Assembly (NCBI GenBank): GCA_014729995.1
Contig: WJIZ01000041.1
Coordinates: 10,584 to 74,583 of the forward strand
Length of the DNA: 64,000 bases
Source of the DNA: Candidatus Woesearchaeota archaeon
Lineage (GTDB): Archaea > Nanobdellota > Nanobdellia > Woesearchaeales > WJIZ01
Direction: 5' to 3'
The position numbers were made by a program, and so were the translations under genes. This document shows positions 38,776 through 47,973 of this stretch, piece by piece (position 1 is the stretch's first letter; each line of letters begins with the position of its first letter). The notes below the pieces were generated by a model, which saw only the letters and a list, made by a program, of their open reading frames with translations, did no database searches and had not been told where the DNA came from.

Positions 38776-39192
38776 ATGAATTTTAAGATATCGCCCAGGA
38801 CATTTAATAAAAAAGCAGACATCAGCTTGGGAGCGATTATACTGGTAATAATAATAGTTGTATTCCTGGGATGGCTTATCAACGAAGGCTCGAAAGACTG
38901 CAGGGCAGACGCAGACTGCGAAAAAACCCAGTATTGCGGCGCGGACTTTGCGTGCCATGACCATAAGGTCATAAGAGAAGAAAAAGCTTCCCCCTTAATC
39001 GCCAATAATGCAGCATGGGTAATCGGCCTTTCCCTGATAATAGCAGCCTTGATTTTCAAATGGGACTCAATCTTCCATTGGGCCAGGAAAGATAAAAAAA
39101 ATAAATCCAAAAACAAAGAAGAATATATTGACCTGAGCAAAAGCCATAAAGCAGAAGAGAAAGGGTTATATGAAAAAGAACTGGAAAAATAA
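38776..39192 (+). CDS. Membrane protein with class III (pilin-like) signal and Cys-rich loop
   Basis: KKA|DISLGAIILVIII; CRADADCEKTQYCGADFAC; second TM helix. Confidence 0.6.
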   Translation: MNFKISPRTFNKKADISLGAIILVIIIVVFLGWLINEGSKDCRADADCEKTQYCGADFACHDHKVIREEKASPLIANNAAWVIGLSLIIAALIFKWDSIFHWARKDKKNKSKNKEEYIDLSKSHKAEEKGLYEKELEK

Positions 39193-39231
39193 ACACAAGA
39201 TTAATAAACTATTTCTTCCAATTTACTTTTC

Positions 39232-39852
39232 ATGAAAAACTTATTTATTGTTTTCGATGGGATGGACGGCTGCGGCAAGTCCACGCAGGTATCCTTGCTC
39301 CATGATTATCTTTTCAGGAAAGATAAGAGAATCAGGATACTCACTACAAGGGAGCCTACTTTCGGAAGGTACGGAATAAGGATAAGGGATATGCTGTCCA
39401 AACACAAGAACCCTTACTCAGACGCAGAGGTACTCACAGAGCTCTATGTTAAGGACAGGCAGGACCACGTAGACAACCTGATACTTCCTTTTTTAAGAAA
39501 GGATACAGGCAATATCTCTATGGTTTTATGCGACCGCTATTATTATTCGACAATTGCTTATCAGCATGCCCAGGGCATTCCGCTGAACAAGCTGATAACG
39601 ATGAATAAAAAATTTCCCAGGCCCGATCTCGCAATAATCCTAGACCTTAACCCCGAGACTGCCATGCACAGGATAACAAGGGAAAGGGCGGTGGAGAAAT
39701 TTGAAAAATTGGAATTCATGAATGAGCTGAGGAAAAATTTCCATTCTCTAAAAGATCTTCTTGACGATAATATAAAGATAATTGATACCTCGGGAAGCGA
39801 GGAAGAGACGTTTGCTAAGATAAAGAGAAGGATTAACCGGCTTTTAGCCTAA
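39232..39852 (+). CDS. tmk: Thymidylate kinase
   Basis: DGMDGCGKST, TREP and DRYYYSTIAYQ motifs. Confidence 0.95.
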   Translation: MKNLFIVFDGMDGCGKSTQVSLLHDYLFRKDKRIRILTTREPTFGRYGIRIRDMLSKHKNPYSDAEVLTELYVKDRQDHVDNLILPFLRKDTGNISMVLCDRYYYSTIAYQHAQGIPLNKLITMNKKFPRPDLAIILDLNPETAMHRITRERAVEKFEKLEFMNELRKNFHSLKDLLDDNIKIIDTSGSEEETFAKIKRRINRLLA

Positions 39853-39900
39853 GCGCAAGTATTAAAAATATTCCATAGTTTTCTGTTTTGGGTGATAATT

Positions 39901-40449
39901 ATGCCAGAGACAGAAGAAAATCTAAAGTCAGCATTTGCCGGTGAGAGCCAGGCAAGAAACAAATATGATTTCTTTGCAAAGGTAGCAAGGAAAGAAGGCT
40001 ATCATTATATAGGGAAGCTCTTTGAAGAAACAGCTTTGAACGAAAAGCAGCATGCAAAAGATGAATTCAAGCTGCTGAACGGGATAGGGGACACAAAAGC
40101 CAACTTAAAAGAGGCAATATCAGGCGAGCATCATGAGACAACTGCGATGTACCCTGATTTTGCGAAACAAGCCAGGGAAGAAGGCAACATAGAAGCAGCC
40201 AACAAGTTCAGGATGATAGCAAAGGTAGAGGCAGAGCACGAAGCGCGCTATAAAAAACTCCTTGAGATGGTAGAGAAAGGAACAGTCTTTAAAAGGCAAA
40301 GGCCTGTCAGGTGGAAGTGCTCAAAATGCGGCTATATTCATACAGGGAAAGAGCCGCCGCAGAAATGTCCTTCCTGCAGGCATCCGAGAGAATATTTCGA
40401 GCCGGAATGCATGTGCTTTCAGGAGAGCTGCGAGATCTGCAATTTTTAG
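39901..40449 (+). CDS. rbr: Rubrerythrin
   Basis: AFAGESQARNKY, ExxH motifs and C-terminal WKCSKCG...CPSC. Confidence 0.95.
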   Translation: MPETEENLKSAFAGESQARNKYDFFAKVARKEGYHYIGKLFEETALNEKQHAKDEFKLLNGIGDTKANLKEAISGEHHETTAMYPDFAKQAREEGNIEAANKFRMIAKVEAEHEARYKKLLEMVEKGTVFKRQRPVRWKCSKCGYIHTGKEPPQKCPSCRHPREYFEPECMCFQESCEICNF

Positions 40450-41591
40450 AGAAATATATTAAAGAAGTATCCGAGCAGGATTATCTGTGGCACTGTAATT
40501 ACAGGCAGCCAAATAGCTGATTTCTTGCCGATATTGCTCCAGATTAGCCCTATCTCTGTATAATCTGTGGCCACGCCGGCCATTAAAAAAACAAAGCTGT
40601 TTCCAAAAGCCCTTGTCTGGTTGAATATCTCAAACGCTAAAACACTGCTTCCCTCTGAACATACCTCTATTATCGTAGCGAATATTAATGTAATTGCCAA
40701 TCCCAGCAATGTTGGGCCCATATACTGCATAAAGAAATCCTGCGGAACAAAAGCCCTTGCAAATGCTGCTATTATCATTCCAAGCAGTATCCACCACACA
40801 ACCATTTTTGCCAGTGCCCAGCTTCCTTTCATTATTCCCAGGAAATCTTCATACTTGAGCCTGAAATTCTTATATCTTTTCCTGAAATCCTCTCTAATGG
40901 AAAAATTCCTGTCAACCCGGACAGTATTCGGATTCTGCTCTATAAGCTTTTTTCTGTCAAGTATCCTGAAGATAAATCCTGTTATTATCGCTATCACGAT
41001 CGCAGACACTATCAGATATAATGCCTTCACCCCAAAAAAGCCGAACAATAGTATTGTTATGGGAAGGTTTGCCCACGGCGAAGCTAACAGGAAAGCAACA
41101 ACAGAAGCAACAGAAGCCCCTTTCTTATATAGTTGTATAGCTATAGCCAATATTCCGTGCGAGCATGCACTCATCAGGAATCCGAAAATCACAGCATAAA
41201 AAATACCTCTTTTTCGGTGTGTGGCCAGGAATTTAGAGATATATTCTCTCGGAACAAAATGATCTATTACTCCTCCAAGAATGAGGCCAAGAAGTATCGC
41301 CCACCATATCAGCTTAAAATAGTCTGCAAATGCATTATACAGAGGGTTCATGGCAGGTATAAGATAGCTGACAATCAGCAGGGCAATCGTGATTAACCCG
41401 ACCACATACAGCCTTTCTTTATACCATGGCCTGTGCCCTCCCTTAACCTGGCAGCTTATACAGTGCGCTATATTATGCTCATGCTCATATTTTTCGATGC
41501 AGCGCTGGCTGCAGAAAGAATGGCCGTGCGCTTTTATCGTGCCTTTCATGCCGCAGACTGGGTCTGTTTTTTCTCCTTTCTTGTTGTCCAT
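40446..41591 (-). CDS. DUF318/ArsP-like permease with N-terminal YHS/TRASH-like metal motif
   Basis: DPVCGM...FCSQRC; ACSHG, FLLASP and EVCSEG motifs; multi-TM. Confidence 0.8.
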   Translation of the reverse strand: MDNKKGEKTDPVCGMKGTIKAHGHSFCSQRCIEKYEHEHNIAHCISCQVKGGHRPWYKERLYVVGLITIALLIVSYLIPAMNPLYNAFADYFKLIWWAILLGLILGGVIDHFVPREYISKFLATHRKRGIFYAVIFGFLMSACSHGILAIAIQLYKKGASVASVVAFLLASPWANLPITILLFGFFGVKALYLIVSAIVIAIITGFIFRILDRKKLIEQNPNTVRVDRNFSIREDFRKRYKNFRLKYEDFLGIMKGSWALAKMVVWWILLGMIIAAFARAFVPQDFFMQYMGPTLLGLAITLIFATIIEVCSEGSSVLAFEIFNQTRAFGNSFVFLMAGVATDYTEIGLIWSNIGKKSAIWLPVITVPQIILLGYFFNIFL

Positions 41592-41658
41592 CAGAAAGCA
41601 ATAATATTTCAACTTATATAAGAATTCCTATTATAAAATATAAAAAATAAAAATGAAA

Positions 41659-41874
41659 TTACCTTCCGCAGCCGCAGGAACTTATTCCGCAATTCCCGCC
41701 ACAATCAAAATTACAGGTATCTGCTCCGCAGCTTGGCTCTGGAGCGCCACAAACAGAACTTTCCTTTTCTTCCCCGCTCTCTATCACTTCTGTCTCAAGA
41801 TTCGCTGAAGCAAACAGCCCTCCTAAGACCAATACCAAGGCTATCGAAAGCCCAATCCATATTCTTTTGTCCAT
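41659..41874 (-). CDS. Small membrane-anchored Cys-rich protein
   Basis: TM helix followed by CGAPEPSCGADTCNFDCGGNCGISSCGCGR; GAGGTG SD. Confidence 0.7.
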   Translation of the reverse strand: MDKRIWIGLSIALVLVLGGLFASANLETEVIESGEEKESSVCGAPEPSCGADTCNFDCGGNCGISSCGCGR

Positions 41875-41992
41875 CTTAGCACCTCACATGCTGATAAATC
41901 ATAGAAAGAGTAACATCTACAAATAATATTCCTGCAGAAATTAACGACCAAACTGTTTAATTACAGAAAATTCCTGTCCTAGATTGTTTAAT

Positions 41993-42520
41993 TCAGAATT
42001 TTTTCCTTAAATACACTTCGTTTGTCTTTCCCGCTGTTTTCCGCTTGACCACGTCCCTTTCTTCCAGTGATTTTAAGAGCAGCGATAATTTGGTCTTTGA
42101 TATTCCAGTCCTGAAGCGAAGCGTGCTCTGTTTTATCCCTTCCTGCTCCCTAACTGCTTTGAGGATATCCTGCTCCTCTTTAGAAAATCCTGACAGGTAA
42201 GCATTGAATTCATCCTTCTTGGAAGCTTTCTCTAATGCCGAACTAACCCTTGCCTGCTGTTCAGCCAGCAGTTTTTGGGTCTTATCAAACAGCAGGAGAT
42301 ATAATCCCAGAATAATCAATCCTGCTGATAATATGTATCCAACAATGTACAATCCAAGCGACCTCTCGTGCAGGCATGTCCCGTCTTCAAGGAAACATGA
42401 GCCCTTCTCCTGAACTAAATTTTTTATATATGCCTCTTCTCTCTGCTGTGCCAAATACACAAAAACAGCCAGTATCACCCCTATTATAATGACTATAGTG
42501 CCAATCTGTTTCTGGTTCAT
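41993..42520 (-). CDS. Membrane protein with C-terminal wHTH
   Basis: Two TM segments around CFLEDGTCLH; EGIKQSTLRFRTGISKTKLS..LKSLE HTH. Confidence 0.75.
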   Translation of the reverse strand: MNQKQIGTIVIIIGVILAVFVYLAQQREEAYIKNLVQEKGSCFLEDGTCLHERSLGLYIVGYILSAGLIILGLYLLLFDKTQKLLAEQQARVSSALEKASKKDEFNAYLSGFSKEEQDILKAVREQEGIKQSTLRFRTGISKTKLSLLLKSLEERDVVKRKTAGKTNEVYLRKKF

Positions 42521-42837
42521 TTGAAAGTAATATTAATGTAATATATTTAAATCTTTAGAATTGGAATATCGGCAGGGAAATCTGCCTTTGCCCACGATTC
42601 CAGAATTCACTATGCAGCACAACAAAAAAACAGATGAAACAATATTATTTTCATCAAAAGCAGTAATTTCCCTTTAATCTTTAAATTCTGCATAATGAGA
42701 CAAAGCAGGAAAAAATCCATACTTTTATAAAGCTGCAGCCAATCTTACTCCCTATTATTGAAATTGGATAAGAAAGAGCAGTATCTGATGATAATGACTT
42801 TTTCTTAAAAGGATTTTGATGAATGAGGTAAGTTAAT

Positions 42838-44091
42838 ATGAAATTCAGAAAATTAGGCATTATAGAGCCTATTGCAAAAGTGATAGATGAAAAGGGATTT
42901 GACGCTCCCACAGAGATACAGGAAAAGTCAATTCCTCTTGTGACTCAGGGGCGCGATATAATAGCAGGCTCTGCCACAGGCTCAGGCAAAACGCTGGCTT
43001 TTGCTGCAGGCATATTAAAGAATACGAATAATACAGGAAAGATACAGGCATTAGTCTTAACTCCCACAAGGGAGCTTGCGGAACAGGTAAGCAGGGAGCT
43101 TGAAAGGTTTTCAAAATACAAAAACCTGGCAACAACAACAGTTTACGGCGGTGTCTCAATAAATCCCCAGATACATAAGCTGCAGAAGACAGACATTGTT
43201 GTCGGGACTCCCGGAAGAATCCTGGATCATCTCGAAAGAAGAACCCTCGATTTAAGGCAGGTTAAGACATTGGTTCTTGATGAGGCCGATCGAATGCTGG
43301 ACATGGGCTTCATAGACGATGTCGAGAAAATAATCAGGAGCTGTTCCAGGGAAAGGCAGACATTGCTGTTTTCAGCTACCATATATCCTGAGATAGCAGG
43401 CCTGGCAAAGCGCTATATGAATAATCCGGTTAAGGTCAGCGCAGAGAAATACGTTGACCCTTCAAAGCTGAAACAGGTTTACTATGATATAAAGGACAAC
43501 TTAAAATTTTCCTTGCTTGTTCATCTCCTCAAACATGAACAGCAGGGATTGGTCATGGTTTTCAGCAATACGAGAAGGAATGTTGATTTTATAGCAAAAA
43601 ACCTAAAATTAAACGGAATTGACTCCCTGCCAATTCACGGTGGTTTTTCACAGGCTAAGAGAACCAACGTGATGAAGCATTTCCATTCAGGCAGGGCTTT
43701 CGTGCTTGTCTGCACAGATGTGGCAGCCCGCGGGCTTGATATCCCCCATGTCTCGCACATCTATAATTATGACATTCCAAAGGATGCTAAGGAATACGTG
43801 CATAGGATAGGCAGAACAGCCAGGGCAGGCAAAGAAGGCAAGGTGATAAATCTTCTTGCAGGCCGCGACCATGAGAATTTTGACCGCGTTCTGAGGGAAA
43901 ACAGGATAAAAATCGAAAAAGAAGAAATTCCGAGAATAGGAAAAGCAGTAATAAAGAGGACCGAAAGGAGAAGGCAGGGCAATCGGTTTGGGAGCAGGGG
44001 CTTTGGAAGAAAGAATTCAAGAAACAGGAATTTCAGCCGCAATAAAGGAACAAAGAATAGAAGAGACGGCGCATGGCCCAATATTAAGTAG
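42838..44091 (+). CDS. DEAD-box RNA helicase
   Basis: TGSGKT, PTRELA, DEAD, SAT, ARGLD and HRIGRTAR motifs. Confidence 0.96.
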   Translation: MKFRKLGIIEPIAKVIDEKGFDAPTEIQEKSIPLVTQGRDIIAGSATGSGKTLAFAAGILKNTNNTGKIQALVLTPTRELAEQVSRELERFSKYKNLATTTVYGGVSINPQIHKLQKTDIVVGTPGRILDHLERRTLDLRQVKTLVLDEADRMLDMGFIDDVEKIIRSCSRERQTLLFSATIYPEIAGLAKRYMNNPVKVSAEKYVDPSKLKQVYYDIKDNLKFSLLVHLLKHEQQGLVMVFSNTRRNVDFIAKNLKLNGIDSLPIHGGFSQAKRTNVMKHFHSGRAFVLVCTDVAARGLDIPHVSHIYNYDIPKDAKEYVHRIGRTARAGKEGKVINLLAGRDHENFDRVLRENRIKIEKEEIPRIGKAVIKRTERRRQGNRFGSRGFGRKNSRNRNFSRNKGTKNRRDGAWPNIK

Positions 44092-44293
44092 GTTTTCTTA
44101 TCCTTACAGACAGCATATGCAAGCCAAAGCCTGCAAGCAGGCCTATTACAGGAATTAAGAACGGAAAAACATAAGCGAGGATATTGCATCCGAAGAATTC
44201 ACACAAAACCGAGAATGCCGAATACACAAAAAAGCCTGTAATAATGCCTATCCCTAATCCTATGTAGCTTCCCGAAAGCCTGAATGGGTTCAT
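44084..44293 (-). CDS. Small membrane protein
   Basis: Two hydrophobic helices; downstream of the cupin gene. Confidence 0.5.
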   Translation of the reverse strand: MNPFRLSGSYIGLGIGIITGFFVYSAFSVLCEFFGCNILAYVFPFLIPVIGLLAGFGLHMLSVRIRKPT

Positions 44294-44301
44294 GATTATA
44301 A

Positions 44302-44610
44302 CTATTCCGTGAGGCACAGCAGGATTGCCAGGTCCTCTTCCGCATTTAGGGAATGGGGAGCATCTCTCGGCATAAAAATAAACACACCTGGCTTCATCTC
44401 AATATCCTTATCATATAACTTAAATATCCCGGAACCTTTCAACACCTGCACAACCCCGTTCTTAGCGGATGTATGGGTGTCAATATCAGTTCCGGCTGTT
44501 AAGCACATCAAAGTATGGTTGTAATTCTCTCCCTTGGCAAGCACAGTGCTAAAAACGCCTTCTTTTGGGAATTGCATCAATTCATTCAGGTTTTTGCTGA
44601 AGCCTTCCAT
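44302..44610 (-). CDS. Cupin domain protein
   Basis: HTS...VQVLKGSG and MPRDAPHSL motifs. Confidence 0.85.
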   Translation of the reverse strand: MEGFSKNLNELMQFPKEGVFSTVLAKGENYNHTLMCLTAGTDIDTHTSAKNGVVQVLKGSGIFKLYDKDIEMKPGVFIFMPRDAPHSLNAEEDLAILLCLTE

Positions 44611-45456
44611 TTAAATCCACTCCTCAGATTTAACATCCCCATGGATTCCAACAATGATTGCCTTTATTGGAATCTTCCGCCCAGATTTTTCTAGTGCATT
44701 TTTGGCCAGCTGTAGCAATCCACTGCAGCAAGGAACTTCCATTATAGCAACAGTTAAAGTGTTGATTTTTGAGTCATCAATCAGCCTTGTTAATTTCTCC
44801 AGATAAACATCCTGGGCTTCATCAAGCTTTGGGCATGCAATTGCCAAGCTCCTGCCTTTTAGCAAGTCCTTATGAAAATCTCCGAGCGCATATGCAGTGC
44901 AGTCAGCAGCGAGCAGCAAGTCTTTTCCCTGGTAATACGGCGCATGTGTCGAGATGAGATGGAGCTGTACAGGCCATTGCCTTAGCTGTGAAGCCCGTTT
45001 CCCCTCTCCACTAATGGTTTCTCCTTCCCCGCTAAAATCCATTTCCTTAGAGCCGGGGCAGCCGCAAAATTTGTTTTTCATTTCCATTTTTCTGTCTTTC
45101 ATGGGGTTTTCCATTCCCTTCTCTTCCAAATATTCAAGCGCATCTTTCAGATACTCATCAGCACCATGCTCCCTCAAATGCTCCAAATGCGCTTTAATGA
45201 TATTCTCCCCTTTTGGGATGATGTTCTCTTTCATGACTTTTTTCTCATCATAAGGCTCTGCTTCCCTCTCTTCGGTCGTTATGGCGCCTTGCGGGCAGTG
45301 CCCTATGCAAGCCCCCAGCCCGTCACAAAATAAGTCGCTTATTAAACGCGCTTTTCCGTCTATCATTTGTAAAGCGCCTTCATGGCAGTTGGGTATGCAA
45401 AGAGCGCACCCATTGCACTTGTCTTCATTTATCTTCACAATCTTCCTCTTTGCCAT
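44611..45456 (-). CDS. 4Fe-4S dicluster iron-sulfur protein
   Basis: CNGCALCIPNC, CDGLGACIGHCP, QWPVQL, ACPKLD and MEVPCC motifs. Confidence 0.88.
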   Translation of the reverse strand: MAKRKIVKINEDKCNGCALCIPNCHEGALQMIDGKARLISDLFCDGLGACIGHCPQGAITTEEREAEPYDEKKVMKENIIPKGENIIKAHLEHLREHGADEYLKDALEYLEEKGMENPMKDRKMEMKNKFCGCPGSKEMDFSGEGETISGEGKRASQLRQWPVQLHLISTHAPYYQGKDLLLAADCTAYALGDFHKDLLKGRSLAIACPKLDEAQDVYLEKLTRLIDDSKINTLTVAIMEVPCCSGLLQLAKNALEKSGRKIPIKAIIVGIHGDVKSEEWI

Positions 45457-45542
45457 CCAGATTCGTTTGTTTAAACATATAAAAACATATTCCCTATAAA
45501 TTATAAGAAAATTTTATATAAGCCGGGCTTGATAGTAGTCTC

Positions 45543-46292
45543 ATGGATGATAAGCAGTGGAACAGCTTGGCAGAAAATTATCATGAGGAAATAGTAAGCC
45601 CTTTCTTCCGTGATGTGGAAAATCCCCTATTTGCCGAGATACGCAGGATAAAGAACAGTAAGGATAAGAAAGCTGCTGAATTCGGCTGCGGTTTGCTGTA
45701 TCTGGGGAATCTTCTCTCAGGGTCTTTCAGGGCTGTCCATGCATCTGACTTCTCTGAAAATATGGTAAGGAAAGCAAGACAGAGGAATAAGCAGCTTAAG
45801 AACATTACAATAAAAAAAGAAGACCTTAGAAATATAAGCTATAAGGGCGAATTTGATGTTGCCATCTCATGCAACTCTATAATTATGCCCTCTTTCAGGG
45901 ATAATCTAAAGGCATTCTGCAACATTAACAATGCATTAAAGAAGAACGGCGTTTGCTTCCTTATACTCCCTTCAATGGAATCTGTATTGTACCACGGCAT
46001 GCTCCTGCTGCACAGCGAACTGATTGGTAAAGAAACAAAAAAAGCCAGGAAAAAGGCAAAAAGAAAATTTGAAAACAGCTGCTATGATTTCTTCCTTGGC
46101 CATTACCATGATGGCGACCAAACCCAGAAATTTTATTACCTGCATGAGATAGAATATATGCTGAAGAAAGCAGGGTTCAGGAAAATAGAAGTTAAAAAAG
46201 TAAAATATCCATGGGGAAAAGACATATCAGATTATGAAGACTTCCCCAAAGAAAAAAAGATGTGGGACTGGTTTGTCAGTGCACGGAAATAG
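45543..46292 (+). CDS. Class I SAM-dependent methyltransferase
   Basis: EFGCG, SDFS, EDLR and FDVAI motifs. Confidence 0.82.
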   Translation: MDDKQWNSLAENYHEEIVSPFFRDVENPLFAEIRRIKNSKDKKAAEFGCGLLYLGNLLSGSFRAVHASDFSENMVRKARQRNKQLKNITIKKEDLRNISYKGEFDVAISCNSIIMPSFRDNLKAFCNINNALKKNGVCFLILPSMESVLYHGMLLLHSELIGKETKKARKKAKRKFENSCYDFFLGHYHDGDQTQKFYYLHEIEYMLKKAGFRKIEVKKVKYPWGKDISDYEDFPKEKKMWDWFVSARK

Positions 46293-46857
46293 TCTCGTCT
46301 TCTATATGGCTGCAGTTTTGTGGGCAGTTTACCTGGTTTTTATTCTCATAATCTATATTCATGGGCAGAACAAGGTCTTTGGCAGATGTTATGACAATAT
46401 TCAGCTCAATCTCCTTTACTTTTGGGTTGCCTCTTAAATGGCAGTTGACTATGCCCTCCAGCCTCTTTAAGTCAGTGGCTGTAAAAAACAGGCATAAATT
46501 ATATTTTCCCGACGTAATCAATGCATTTATGAAAAAAGGGCAGTCTTTGAATTCTTTTATAATGGCGGTGGTATTTGTTGCATTAACGTCAACTTTAGCA
46601 AGCGACAAGTTCACAGTCCTGAAATTAACCCCGTTCACGCTGTAAAGTACTCCTTTTTCATGCAGCTTTCTGATCCTTGCGCCCACGCTTGGCTGGCTCA
46701 GCTTGACTTTTTTGGCTATCTCTTCCTGCGGTACATGGGGATTTTTCTGCAGCAGGGACAAGATAGTGTTATCCCTGTCATCCAGGCCGAGCTTCTCGTT
46801 TATCTGTATTTTCTTCTTGAAGTCTTTGATTTTTGTGTAAAACTGGTTTTTTGACAT
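46276..46857 (-). CDS. Lrp/AsnC transcriptional regulator with Cys-containing tail
   Basis: LDDRDNTILSLLQ...EIAKKVKLSQPSVGARIRKL; TSGKYNL; C-terminal CPQNC. Confidence 0.88.
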   Translation of the reverse strand: MSKNQFYTKIKDFKKKIQINEKLGLDDRDNTILSLLQKNPHVPQEEIAKKVKLSQPSVGARIRKLHEKGVLYSVNGVNFRTVNLSLAKVDVNATNTTAIIKEFKDCPFFINALITSGKYNLCLFFTATDLKRLEGIVNCHLRGNPKVKEIELNIVITSAKDLVLPMNIDYENKNQVNCPQNCSHIEDETISVH

Positions 46858-46977
46858 TTTATTATAATTATTTTAGCATTCTTTATAAAAATTTCTTTTT
46901 GTTTAATCCAAAATCGGGTATTTTACTTATATTTTATAGTAGGTACTTTTATATATTCATTACACCGTTTTAGAAAC

Positions 46978-47175
46978 ATGCAGATAACAAAAGATACCTT
47001 GATAGGAGATTTGGTAAAACAAAAGCCGGAATCTGTAAATGTTCTGATGAAGCACGGAATGCACTGTATAGGCTGTTCTGTTGCCACATGGGAAACTCTG
47101 GAGCAGGCCTGCCAAAGCCACGGCATTTCTGTCAATAATCTGGTCGGGGATCTTAAAGAGGTGAAAAAGAAATGA
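46978..47175 (+). CDS. DUF1858 domain protein
   Basis: ITKDTLIGDLV...GMHCIGC...ETLEQAC..HG pattern. Confidence 0.88.
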   Translation: MQITKDTLIGDLVKQKPESVNVLMKHGMHCIGCSVATWETLEQACQSHGISVNNLVGDLKEVKKK

Positions 47176-47291
47176 GATGCGGAAACAGCTGCGAGGTTTA
47201 TTCCAGGATCGTCGGCTACTTCAGGCCGGTGCAGAACTGGAACATAGGCAAGAAAGAAGAGTTTAAAGACAGGAATGAATTCAGCATTTAA
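47172..47291 (+). CDS. 39-aa stand-alone NrdD-type glycyl-radical C-terminal segment (not in the ORF track)
   Basis: MRCGNSCEVYSRIVGYFRPVQNWNIGKKEEFKDRNEFSI; GAGGTGA SD; ATGA overlap with the DUF1858 gene. Confidence 0.85.
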   Translation: MRCGNSCEVYSRIVGYFRPVQNWNIGKKEEFKDRNEFSI

Positions 47292-47363
47292 GCCTGCAAT
47301 GGGCTCTTTATCTTATTCAGTATATTGAAATTTTTCAGAAAATAGCAGCATGCTAAAGAAAAT

Positions 47364-47418
47364 GGCCAGATGATAGCCTCTAAGAGATGGCCCTCCATCT
47401 TAGGGCTATTTTCTGGCC
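47364..47418. promoter_or_regulatory. Long imperfect hairpin upstream of the micro-ORF and grx operon
   Basis: GGCCAGA..TAGCC..CTAA..GATGG-CCCT-CCATC..TTAG-GGCTA..TCTGGCC. Confidence 0.6.
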
Positions 47419-47451
47419 TTCTACTTTAAATAATTTTTGGAGGTGATAAGC

Positions 47452-47487
47452 ATGGGCGAAGGAGGATGCGGCGGCTGTAGCTGCTAA
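47452..47487 (+). CDS. 11-aa Cys-rich micro-ORF MGEGGCGGCSC
   Basis: GGAGGTGAT at 47439-47447 is fully complementary to this genome's anti-SD (ATCACCTCC). Confidence 0.55.
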   Translation: MGEGGCGGCSC

Positions 47488-47593
47488 GCAGAAAAATGGG
47501 TGATTTCCCCCTCATTTCACATATTCATTATAGTAATTCATTGTAAATCCATTAAGAAAGTCAGATTTTCTGGAATTACAGAAGGAGGCAAAA

Positions 47594-47827
47594 ATGAAAA
47601 AAGTAAAAATATATTCGACGCCAACCTGCCCATGGTGCAGGAAAGCAAAATCTTACCTCGAGGATAAAGGGGTGGAATTTGAAGATGTGGACGTATCAAG
47701 AGACCATGAGGCGCAGCATGAGATGGTCGAGAAAAGCGGCCAGATGGGAGTTCCAGTCTTGGATATAAAGGGCAGGATTATTGTCGGATTTGATCAGAAT
47801 GCTATAGAGCAGGCTTTAGCAGTATAA
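47594..47827 (+). CDS. Glutaredoxin-like protein (NrdH/YruB type)
   Basis: YSTPTCPWC, SGQMGVPV and VGFD motifs. Confidence 0.92.
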   Translation: MKKVKIYSTPTCPWCRKAKSYLEDKGVEFEDVDVSRDHEAQHEMVEKSGQMGVPVLDIKGRIIVGFDQNAIEQALAV

Positions 47828-47844
47828 GGTAGGAGGCGGTTCAA

Positions 47845-47958
47845 ATGGAAAACTATTGTAGTGAGTGCGGTGAAAGGCTGCAGAGAAATGAGGCAGGGTC
47901 GTTATTCTATTGTGTGAAATGCAGTCAACAGCACGGCCGGAGAAACGTTTTGCAATAA
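47845..47958 (+). CDS. 37-aa zinc-ribbon microprotein (not in the ORF track)
   Basis: MENYCSECGERL...YCVKC; GGAGG SD. Confidence 0.7.
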   Translation: MENYCSECGERLQRNEAGSLFYCVKCSQQHGRRNVLQ

Positions 47959-47973
47959 ATTTTGGGGTGAAAA

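Noticed and set aside
42562..42602. Isolated imperfect hairpin between divergent genes
   Set aside because: Single occurrence with no recognisable motif; cannot be distinguished from chance.
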